A DNA stretch of 64,000 nt from Phoronis australis (Eukaryota > Animalia > Phoronida), in NCBI GenBank assembly GCA_002633005.1, contig NMRA01000120.1, positions 858,353-922,352 on the forward strand. Direction: 5' to 3'. Below, in pieces: positions 1 to 12,400 of the stretch. The first letter of the stretch is position 1. Every line of letters starts with the position of its first letter. The translations under genes were made by a program, and so were the position numbers. The notes under the pieces were generated by a model. It was given only the letters and a program-made list of their open reading frames with translations. It was not told the DNA's origin and ran no database searches.

Positions 1-204
1 AATTGAATGTCGCTTTTTCACCCAAATGACATATTATTCAACATGTTGATTTCCAGTTGTGTTTTATTAGTTTGACGTTAAATTATGCCAAATTTCACAA
101 TGGCGTCATGTTAAACATGAGAATAGGCAAACTGAATGTGGACAGTAAGTGTGATTTAATTAGTGGTAAAATGGCGCATTTCAACTGATTAAAAAAATTG
201 TCAC

Positions 205-438
205 CGTTGTCATTGCATGAACTCAGTGCAGGGTCCCATGAGCTGTGACTTTTAGCACTAGGATTAGAGCATGTAAAGGCCTTAGATGAAGTTCCATCAG
301 CGAAGACTTTATTATCGATGCATTCAAGTGTTACTGATTGGCCCTTGCTGACAGCCGTCGGCTGATTTCCCCTCACAACCGCCTTGGTTTTCAACTTCGC
401 GTTTAATTTCGCATAGGGTAGTTCGCATGAAGACACAC
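205..438 (-). CDS. Sushi-like exon, subtype A (234 nt, phase 1-1)
   Basis: ttcag|GT acceptor, G|gtgaca donor; VSSCELP...SVTLECIDNKVFADGTSSKAFTC...WDPALSSC. Confidence 0.9.
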
Positions 439-3400
439 CTGAATAAAATGTTTATTACCATCATCGCTTCGATTCTGTATTCGTCATCCTTTAAGGGGGT
501 TTAGCCAGTTTCCCAATAACCCAAGAAGCAACATTGACTAATTCAGAAAACAGTTTAATGATCAAAAAACGTACTCGATTTGAAGCTTGCGTTGATTTTG
601 ATTTCCACTTTTTGTTAATGTACTTGAGTTTCTGCTATTATGACGTTAAATAATAGCGCGCGACATCAAAATTTACAATGATACCCTTTTTAGAATGTCA
701 AGCATTATTGTCAACATTAGGTGCGCATTAATTCGCCGTAAAACGGCAGGTTTGGACATGTTTAAGAAGTGTTTACCGTTGTCAGTGCACGAACTCAGTG
801 CAGGGTCCCATGAGCTGTAACTTCTAGCACTAGGATTAGAGCATGTGAACGCCTTTGATGACGTTCCATCAGTGAAGACTTTATTATCGATGCATTCAAG
901 TGTTACTGACTTGCCCTTGCTGACAGTCGTCGGCTCATTTCCACTCACAACCGCCTTGGTTTTCAACTTCGCGTCTAATTTTGCTAAAGCAAGTTCGCAC
1001 GAAGGCACACCTAAATAAAAAGATTACTATCACTATATGACTATGAAACGTATTTGCCATCCTTTTAAGCGGGTTCGGCACAGTTTGCCAATAAGTGCAT
1101 GAAGCAGTGGTAGTTATTACGACGTTGGTTAATAAATAAAACAATTGAATGTTGCTTTTTCACTCAAATGACATATAATTCAACATGTTGATTTCCAGTT
1201 CTGTCTTTTTTGTCATTGTTTGGCGTTAAAATACACCAAAAATTCACAATGGCGTCATGTTAAACATGAGAATAGGCAAACTGGGTGTAAACGGTAAGTG
1301 TGGCTTAGTTATTGGTAAAACGGCGCATTTCAACTTATTAAAAAAATTGTCACCGTTGTCAGTGCACGAACTCAGTGCAGGTTCCCATGAGTTGTAACTT
1401 CTAGCACTAGGATTAGAGCATGTGAAGACCTTCGATGACGTTCCATCAGCGAAGACGTTGCTATCGATGCACTCGAGTGTTACTGAGTGGTCCTTGTTGA
1501 CAGTCGTCGGCTCATTTCCACTCACAACCGCCTTGGTTTTCAATTTTGCGTTTAATTTTGCTAAGACAAGTTCGCACGAAGGCACACCTAAATAAAAAAA
1601 TATTATCACTATACGACTATGAAACGTATTTCCCATCCTTTTAAGCGGGTTTGGCACAGTTTGTCAACAAGTCGTGAAGCAGTGGTCGTTATTACTACGT
1701 TGATTCATTAATTAAACATTTGAATGATTCATTCAAAGCACATATTACTCAACACGTTGATTTCCAGTTGGGTTTTATTAGATTGGCGTTAAATTATACC
1801 AAACTTCACACTGGCGTTAAGCATGACAATGGGCACACTGAGTGCAGACAGAAAGTGTGGCTTAATTAGTGGTAAAATGGCGCATTTCAACTGATTAAAA
1901 AATTGTCACCGTTGTCATTGCATGAACTCAGTGCAGGGTCCCATGAACTGTAACTTCTAGCACTAGGATTAGAGCATGTGAAGGCCTTCGATGACGTTCC
2001 ATCAGCGAAGACTTTATTATCGATGCATTCAAGTGTTACTGACTGGCCCTTGCTGACAGTCGTCGGATGATTTCCAATCACAACCGCCTTGGTTTTCAAC
2101 TTCGCGTTTAATTTTGCCAAGGGAAGTTCGCATGAAGGCAAACCTGAATAAAATGTTTATTACTATCATCACTTTGATTCTGTATTTGTCATCCTTTAAG
2201 GGAGTTTGGCCCAATTTGCCAATAAGCAGAGAAGCCGTTGGTTTGCAACATTGAATAATTCACAAAACAAATTACATATTTAATTTGAAATATGGGTTGA
2301 TTTTGATTTACATTTTTTTGTTATTGTACTTTCGTTTTTTGAATGATAGCATTGACGTCATGTTGAACAAGAGAACAGGCAAACGTCATTTAGACCTTAG
2401 GTGTGACTTGATTCGTAGTTAAACGTCATACGTGAAGATGTTTAAAATGTTGCTACTTTTGTCAGTGCACGGACCGAGTATAGGACTCCATGAGGTTGAA
2501 AAACTAGAACTATGAGTAGAACTAGAACATGTGAAGACCATTGATGTCTTTGCATTTCCGAAGTCTTTAATGCCAAAGCACTGAAGTGTGATAGACTGAT
2601 CCCTTCTGACAGCCATCAGCTTATTTCCACTCACGACCGCCATAGTTTGCAACATTGTCGAGTCAAGTTCGCACGATGACACAACTGAATGAAGATGATT
2701 TTTAGTCATCATTTTGGCTCTGACACGTATTTGCCGAACTCTCTAAATAGAAAATCAGGACGCGGCTGAACCGTCGGTCACACACCAACTGATCACCGTC
2801 CATCCTCGATTCCTTCCGGTGGTCATCTATCGCGAAAATGGTGATGGTTTTACTTTTTTCAATCGTGGTATCACCACCGTTACCATCATTTGAGAAACTT
2901 TTGATGATTTCGAAAGTTGAAATCGTGCAGGTTTCTTGGGTCGTGGGAGCTTCAACATCGGGGGTTCCACCTTTACCTAGAGGATTGGAAAGTATGCTGT
3001 CAAGCAACAATTTTTCTTCTTCACGGAGGTGCAATTCGTCGAATAACCACAACCTTGAAGGTGGTATAATATAGGGAATGGAATCGTAGGTATATTTCGA
3101 ATTCTGCTCCTACTGTTATCACGACAATGAGTCTGGGCAGGATCGCAATACCTGTGTGACTCTACCTTACACCCAAAAGCTAAGCCTTTGCACGTACATT
3201 TAGGAAAGATTAAAGGTAGACAGAGGGAAAATTGTACAAGAAAGCGGTTCGGTTAAGAAAAGACCCCGACACCCTAGGCGTCCAGCACCGGAATTTGAAA
3301 TTTGTTGCCAAACTGGTGGAAGAGGCTGAACAGACGTAGTTTACAAGCCGGGTTCCGTTTTCTAACACAAGACACTCCAACAACAAGATGAAGTGAAATC

Positions 3401-6400
3401 ACATGCTACGCTTGTAATGCACGATGATACCACATGAAGACGTCCTGGATTTCACCAAACTGGTAGGAAAATAGCTTACCGGATGTCTGTGTGTGACAAA
3501 ACAGTTGATAGCCAGATCAAGTCAAAGTTCAATACGGCACTGAAGGGCTCTTTGAACGCCTCAGCACATTCTAAGATGGATTTGCAGTCAATGTGGTAAG
3601 CAGTTACCATATGTTTATCTGGAAGGAGTGTAGTACATGAACAGCTGTTGTTTGACGATCCGGACTATGTAAGGCTTATTAAGACTGCAGAAAATCAGTT
3701 GCAATAGTTCTAACTGAAAGTCACCATTTATTATACCAAAAGCACTACCATTGTTTGAGAATCCAATATTTCGGCACCAAATTTCTGCTGTCTTCCAGTT
3801 CGTTAACCTGCGTGTCTGTACATTATATTGTCACGTTTTTACCGTGTTTGGGTGGGCGCAGGTTGTTGCAGACCGGTGCTGATATCTTTCAGTGTGACGG
3901 TAGACTGAAGACTGGTTCGAGTTAATCGCTTTATTAATACCGACCGTACGTTCACAAGCTTACTCAAATAAAACGTCCAACGTAATGTCTGTTCTACGCT
4001 GCAGCCAGTGCTGTGAAGCCTTGACTTGTGATGAACTTCTGAGACACTTTCAGCAACTCAGCTGTAATGCTCTTGTAACTAACTGACTTTCAACGTTTAA
4101 CTCTTTAACTGCTCAACTGCTGAACTAAAAACTGAATACTACAAACCCGTTCCTGGGTATTTATAGTCTCATGCAATGTTCTAGATCTTTTCACACTTTA
4201 AGCACATTCTAGAACTTTTCCGGAATCTACCCAATCATTCTACAAACATATACTAGTCTCTAGAATATTCCAGACTGCATAAATCATTGTCATGCTAGAG
4301 GCTTCCACACTATTCTATAGTAAACAAATTACATCATCACAGTACTGACCTCAGGGGTCATGCCAATCAATAACACAAACAAAACAATAAAATAAACCCA
4401 AGAACAGAGTCGGTCTAAATTCTGACATATATAAGACACTACCAGATGGGTTGTTACCGTTGTCAGTGCATGAATTCAGTGAAGGGTCCCAGGAACTATA
4501 GCTGCTAGCACTAGGATTAGAGCATGTGAAGACCTTCGATGACGTTCCATCAGCGAAGACTTTACTATCGATGCACTCAAGTGTTACTGACTGGCCTTTG
4601 TTTACAGTCGTCGGTTGATTTCCACTCACAACCGCCTTGGATTTCAACTTCGCATTTAATTTTTGCAAGGGAAGCTCGCACGAAGGCACACCTGAATAAA
4701 ATGATTGTTAACATCATAACTTGTACTGTGGTACATGCTTTCCAACCTTGTAAGTGAGTTTGGCAAGATTTGCCAACAAGCTGTGAAGCAGTCGTTTCAC
4801 GACGTTAATAACTGATATTTCAATTTTCTTTTTAACGACGTATTAATCTGTTTGGAAAGTGTTGACTTTGAGTTGTTATTTTTGCTATTTGGTACTATAA
4901 TGATAAATATCGTATGGCATCAAAAATTCTCAATTACGTTTGGCTTAAAAGCATTTTAAACAAGTTATATTTGGACATATTTACAAGTGTTTACTGTTGT
5001 CAGTGCACGGACTCCATAAGAATGAACTACTAGAACTATAACTAGAACTAGAGCATGTGAAGACCATCGGTGGCATTCCAGTTCCAAAGACTTAAGTGTT
5101 GAGGCACAGACGAGTGATAGGCTGGCTCCTACTGATAATCATCGGCATATTTCCATTCAGGGATCTCATAGTTTTGCATGAAGGCACAACTGAATAAGGA
5201 TGATTATTTAGGTTATCACTTTAAATCTGACAAAAGTTTGACAAGTTTTTGAAATATAAAATCAGGTGTCGGCTGAAGCCTGGTCCACACGACCTAGGTG
5301 TCTCCATGCATCATCGATTCATCCAGGTAATCATTTTTCATAAACGTGGTGGTGGTTTAAAATATTTCCAGAATCCTGGGATCTCAACAATCACCAATTT
5401 TCAAGAAAACTTGCACAATTTTGAAAACAAATTCAACCTGGTTTTCTCGAGTGGCGTGATCTTCTCAAATACCAAAGAGGATCGAACATGCGCCATGACA
5501 GTTGGCAAATATTCAGATCAACAAAATGTTTTCCGTTTGAAAACAGTCGAATTAGTAGAAAGCGGTGCAACGTAAGAACTTTAACTGTGACAATACTTTG
5601 AACGCTACGTCTACTGTTACGTTCACGGGAGTCAAAGAAAAACCACAAGAGTCTTGTGGCCAGTTTCTATGTAAAGGTTCCATCAAATCCACCAACACTT
5701 AGACAAGAGTTAAAACAGACAAGCGTTCTTCTAGACATTAGGTGAACATTAATTCGCTAAAAAAACGGCAGGTTTGAACATGTAAAAGAAGATTTACCGT
5801 TCTCGGTGCACTGACTAAGTGTAGGACTCCATGAGGTTAAACTAGTAGAACTATAAGCAGAACTAGAGCATGTGAAGACCATCGATGACTTTCCATTTGC
5901 GAAGACTTTAATACCGAGGCACTGAAGTGTGATNNNNNNNNNNNNNNNNNNNNNNNNNNNNNNNNNNNNNNNNNNNNNNNNNNNNNNNNNNNNNNNNNNN
6001 NNNNNNNNNNNNNNNNNNNNNNNNNNNNNNNNNNNNNNNNNNNNNNNNNNNNNNNNNNNNNNNNNNNNNNNNNNNNNNNNNNNNNNNNNNNNNNNNNNNN
6101 NNNNNNNNNNNNNNNNNNNNNNNNNNNNNNNNNNNNNNNNNNNNNNNNNNNNNNNNNNNNNNNNNNNNNNNNNNNNNNNNNNNNNNNNNNNNNNNNNNNN
6201 NNNNNNNNNNNNNNNNNNNNNNNNNNNNNNNNNNNNNNNNNNNNNNNNNNNNNNNNNNNNNNNNNNNNNNNNNNNNNNNNNNNNNNNNNNNNNNNNNNNN
6301 NNNNNNNNNNNNNNNNNNNNNNNNNNNNNNNNNNNNNNNNNNNNNNNNNNNNNNNNNNNNNNNNNNNNNNNNNNNNNNNNNNNNNNNNNNNNNNNNNNNN

Positions 6401-9400
6401 NNNNNNNNNNNNCAGGTTTGAACATGTTAAAGAAGATTTACCGTTCTCGGTGCACTGACTAAGTGTAGGACTCCATGAGGTTAAACTAGTAGAACTATAA
6501 GCAGAACTAGAGCATGTGAAGACCATCGATGACTTTCCATTTGCGAAGACTTTAATACCAAGGCACTGAAGTGTGATCGATTGACCCTTATTGATAGTCA
6601 TCAGCTGATTTCCACTCAGGGACGACGTAGCTTTCAACTCCGCGCTCAGCGTTGTCAAGTCAAGTTTGCACGAAGGCACAACTGAATGAGGATGATTACT
6701 AAGGTTATCACTTTGACACTGACACGTGTTTGCCAGCTCTTTAAGTACAAAATCAGGTTGCGGCTGAAGCCTACGGATCTCCGTCCATTGTCAATTCATA
6801 AAGGTAATCTTTCATGAACGTGGGGATGGTTTTACATATTTTGGGGAATCGTGGTATCACGCCCATTGTCATTTTGCAAGAAAATTTTAACAATTTTGAA
6901 AAAAAAATCATAATCAAACTAGTTTTCTCGAGCCGCTGGATCGTCACAAACACCTAGGAGGATCGTACCTGCACCATGATACATGTTTTCCTTTTGACAG
7001 CAGTGGAATTAGTCGGCTAGCTAAAACCTTGAATGCAGTGCAACGTAGGAACTGTAACCGTGACTATGCTTTGAAAGCTACGCCTGCTATTACGCTCGCA
7101 GGAGTGAAAGAAAGCCACGAGACTCGTGTGCCTAATTTGTTCACAAATGCTTAATCAAATCCCCGAAGATTTAGAGGAATGTTAAAATGTCAGAAGAAAA
7201 TAAATTATAGAGGAGAGTCGTTAATTCGAAGAAAATTTTTCAATAACGCCCTATTCGTTTGATACCGAAATTGACGTGTCCGTATGATGCTAAACTGGCA
7301 CAAACTGTTGAATAGACTAGGTAAGGTATTCTAGCTGAGTCATATGCCGTAACATAAAGTACTCCGGAGATCTGTATCATGAAAAGTGACTTAGGTATGG
7401 GCATAAGCTACATACAACTATTTCTGAAAAACAATTATATCTGCCTTGAGCAAATGTTTAAAGTCTTTGAAAATATACTGCTAGATAACCGCATAATTCC
7501 TATCAATTATAACTAGAGTGAGGTGGGCTTCTAATGTTTTTCATGGTCATTTTCTTCAGCAGCTGTGAAATAGAAGAGCAAGAGCGAATTTCTGACTTAA
7601 TACGTAAGCCATTTTCTCGAAGCAGACCCCAAACAGTTAGAGCACATGAAAACTTAAGTGCTGCGCTTGAAAATCTTTAAGATATCTCATAAACGAAATG
7701 CGCAATTTCGATAAACTGGCGAGGAAATGGTTATTTAAGCTTATTTCAAACATGTGGAAAGCTATTCCGTGACTTATTAAGACGGCAGAACATCAGTTTC
7801 AAAATATCCATTTGAACTGAAGTTCACAATAGATTATTGCAAAAAAGATAATCCTTGTTTGGTTTGTGAATATATTGACAGCAAGTGTCCACTGTCTTGC
7901 AGGAGGTCCCGCTGTGTGTATTTTATGGATTTCATCAGATGGGTAGTATGAGGTATCATCAGACATATAATTACCTTTGTTAGAACACGGACTCAGTGCA
8001 GGTGTCCATGAGGTGTAACTTGTAGATCTAGAGGTAGAACTAGAGCACGTGAAGACCTTCGATGATTTTCCATCTGTGAAGACCTTGCTGTCTTTGCAAA
8101 CAAGTGTCACAGACAGGCCCCTGCGTATAGTCTTCGGTTGGTTTCCACTCACACTCATCTCAGTGTTCAATCTTACGTTTAATTTTCCCAAGTGAAGTAG
8201 GCACGAACGCACACCTGAATAAAGGGTTTATTCCCGTCATACCTTGAACTCTGGCACGTATTTGCCAAACTTTTAAAAGTGTTCGGCACAGTTTGCCAAT
8301 AAACAGCGAAATAATCGGTTTACGACAATAACCAATTCCATGCGTTCCCAGCCTAAAAAATGGGGCTCCAATTTTTGAGAATGTGGAATTTTGTCCCGTT
8401 TTTTACATTTTGTCGGAGTTTTTGCTTCTCTGAGGCGGACCTTTTTGCTCACATAGCAAAAAGATTGCTCGTTCGAGCCCCCTGAGCCCCCTCGTTGAAT
8501 GCATGAATTCGTTAAACACTTGAATGTTTATTTCAAGCGCCATTATTAAATTGTAAAAAGATGTTCATTTTGAATTACTTTTTTGTGGTTATAATTACCT
8601 TTTTGTGATCATGGAGTTAAATAACAGAGCGCGACATCAGATTTCACAGTGACAAGTGTTATCGGAGACAATGTGTAAACATTAATACGCTGTAAAACGG
8701 CAGGTTTAAACATGTTAAAGATGTGTTTACCGTTCTCAGTGCATGAGCTCAGCGTGGGGTTCCAGGAAGTTGAACTAGAAGAACTATAAGTTGAACTAGA
8801 GCATGTGAAGACCATCGATGACTTTCCATTTCCGAAGACTTTAATACCGAGGCACTGAAGTGTGATAGACTGGCCCCTACTGATAATCGTCGGCTTATTT
8901 TTACTCAGGGACGACGTAGTTTTCCACTCGGCGCTCAGCGATGTCAAATCAAGTTTGCACGAAGGCACAACTGAATGAAAATGATTACTAAGGTTATCAC
9001 TTTGACACTGACACGTGTTTGCCAACATTTTAGGTAAAAAATCATTTTCACGAAGCCGACCCCAAGAATAACTGTTACGCTGGTAATGAATTACTATATC
9101 TCGCGAACAAGATGCACAATTCCGATAAACTGGCAAGTAAATAGTTTTTTAAGATCTACTCAAACCGATCAGTATAGTGTTGAAAGGTTGTTTAGCACCT
9201 CAGCACATGGGACAGCTATTGTGCATGATTATTAAGACGGGAGAACATCAGTTTCAAAATTATACATTTAAAATGAAATTGACAATAAATTATGGCAAAA
9301 AGATAATCCTTGTTTGGTGTGTATATTTTGACAGCGCATTCCTACTATCTTCCATTGGGTCACGTTGTTTGCATTTTGTAGATTTCATCAGATGGGAAGT

Positions 9401-12400
9401 TACCTTTGTTAGAACACGGACCCAGTACAGGACTCCATGAGTTGTAACTTGTAGACCTAGAGGTAGAACTAGAGCACGTGAAGACCTTCGATGATGTTCC
9501 GTCTGTGAAGACCTTGCTGTCTTTGCAAACAAGTCTCACAGACTTGCCCCTGTGGATAGTCTTCGGTTGGTTTCCACTCACTACCGCGTTCAAAGTTGAC
9601 AAGACAAGTTCGCACGAAGGCAAGGCTTAATAAAAAGGATTATTGTTACTATTACTTTGACAACGAGATTTCATTGTCATCTCTTTGATTGAATTTGACT
9701 TATTTTGCTAACAAGCTGTCAAGCACTCTCTGTTTGACGCCAATGGCTAATTACTTTTACGAAGTTTTTCTCTCTTCCAAAACTGCCAAGCTGCAGGTAT
9801 AGTATGAGGTATCATCAGATATCTAATTACCTTTGTTAGAACACGGACTCAGTGCAGGTGTCCATGAGTTGTAACTTGTAGATCTAGAGGTAGAACTAGA
9901 GCAGGTGAAAACCTTCGATGATGTTCCATCCGTGAATACCTTGCTGTCTTTGCAAACAAGTGTCACAGACTGGCCCCTGCGTATAGTCTTCGGTTGGTTT
10001 CCACTAACACTCGTCTGAGTGTTCAATCTCGCGTTTAACTTTTCTAAGGGAAGTTGGCATGAGTGCACACCTGATTAAAAGATTTATTCCCGTCGTTAAT
10101 TTGACTTTGTCACGAATTTTGCGAACGTTTAAGAATGCTTGGCATAATTTGCCAGTAAGCAAAGCTTTACGACATTGATCAACTCTTTAAACACATAAAT
10201 GTTATTTCAAACGACATTTTTCAATTTTAAAAAGCTGTTGAATTTGAGTTAAGTATTTGTGATTATGCGTGCCTTTGTGTTAACGTGTGTGAAATAACAG
10301 AGAGCCAAATCTCAATTTCACAATGACGTCATGAGAACGGACAAGCGTTCTTGTAGACATTACGTGAACATTAATTCGCTATAAAACAGCAGGTTTGAAC
10401 ATGTTAAAGAAGATTTACCGTTCTCGGTGCACTGACTAAGTGTAGGACTCCATGAGGTTAAACTAGTAGAACTATAAGCAGAACTAGAGCATGTGAAGAC
10501 CATCGATGACTTTCCATTTGCGAAGACTTTAATACCGAGGCACTGAAGTGTGATAGACTGGCCCTTACTGATAATCGTCGGCTTGTTTCCACTCAGGGAC
10601 AACGTAGTTTTCCATTCGGCGCTCAGCGTTGTCAAATCGAGTTTGCACGAAGGCACAACTGAATGAGAATGATTACTAAGGTTATCACTTTGACACCGAC
10701 ATGTGATGGCCAATTTTTTTAAATACAAAATCAGGATACCGTCACCACACATCCACAATTCCTTCAGGTAATCATATTTCATAAATTTTGTGATGGTTTT
10801 ACATTTTCTCGTGAATTGTGTCATAAGCCATATTTCCATTTTTAGCATAGATATCTGTTAGCTATATTTACATATCATTACGCGGATTGCTTTGTACTTT
10901 GTTTGGAAAATCAATCTTGAAGTTTGTTTTCATTTGCCAAAGTTTCCCACTGATTGGGTCACCGCATTTTTAGCAAATAATAACTTTGTTAATAAAAACA
11001 ATAATTTTATTGAACACGGGGCCACCAGCCCACAGTTTACAATAGTATTTACAAACTTTATACACCTAGACAGAGACAGAAAGATTCAATCTTTCACTTC
11101 TCATTATGCAGGGCCGTAGGAAACGCGTAGCAGCTTTGTCAACAATAAATGTTGATTTGAAGTGTAGTTTGCACAGACTGATAACGAAACTGAACAAGCT
11201 TCATCAGAAAAATACCGTAAAAATATGTGAATCAAGCAGCTTTGATTTCGCGGACGAACCGTTGCCGGAGTCTGCAGAACAAGACTTGATGCTTGGTGCG
11301 TTGGCGAAAACCCTCTGACACAGCGCCACCTATTATGAAAAGTGTCCCTGTAGAAACATGAAAGACACACGGAATAGCGTGTTTGGGCATCAATGCGCAT
11401 GCCTTGGTCGGATGTATACCGCCACCACTTGCACAAGCCTTTATGCACGATACTTGTTTGGGCTTAAGCCAATGGATCTGGGTTAGCTTGATTTTGTTTA
11501 CGTCGATCACTGCGCGTTTTAATAAAATGCAACTATTAAGTCAAATGTGGTCGCCAAACTCCGTAACAGTAAACTGGAAAGGGTTTCCCAGATGAATGTC
11601 ATGACGTCGGTTTAATTATTTTAGCCAATGAGAAACCATGTTAAACAACATTCGATAGTGCTACCTTTCGCAGCAAAAAAGACCTCAGGTGTGTCCGGTA
11701 AGTGTTACGTTATACCGTAAAACTCTAGCAGTAGCGCTTGCAGTTCTAAGCTTAATTTTGGTCTTCGGTGAATTATTTGAGATGTCGATAACAATGGAGG
11801 AAATATATTGAGTTTTCTAGTGTTGCAGAGTTGTTGTTTTTTTCATTTTGATTGTGATTGCCACACGTTATGGCAGGAAATCAGCGGTCACAAATTCTGT
11901 ATTTTACAAGGTCTTGGAGAACTTGTGGCGGAGTTTTCTACGAGTCCAGAAGACTATTATTGAATAAATATTTGAAGCTCTTGACAATATCATTACATCA
12001 AAACCGGACAGGCTTGATCAAGACTACTGCAACTTATATGCAGTGTGAGGAGCTGATACTCAAGGCGGCAAACGGAGAAAGCTTTGAAAATGAATACCAA
12101 TGTGTAATTAGTTCTTAGGGAGATGACTTCAATTTAATGCTGCGCTGTCACCTCACTCCGTTTGTGGCCTATTATGAGCACGAAGGCAGTCAAGAGGTGA
12201 CATTGTATCGTGTTGTGGATCATTTGCAGAAATTATCAGCTGGTCAAAAACGCTTGTTCCGGAGCCTTATTAAACTAGCGAAATTACTGTTGGTGATGCC
12301 CGCAACAAATGCCAGTAGCAAACGAGCGTTTAGAGCTCTTAGACGTGTAAAGTCATAGTTATGTTCCACAATGGGACAGGTGAGGTTGCTTCATGTTCAA

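Noticed and set aside
4760-4776. NFI/CTF binding sites in the intronic dyads
   Set aside because: The spacer between TTGGC and GCCAA is 7 nt, not the 5 nt NFI requires.
5757-6679. Long ORFs of 177-280 aa
   Set aside because: Their length comes from translating the N gap; only the flanking Sushi exon parts are real.
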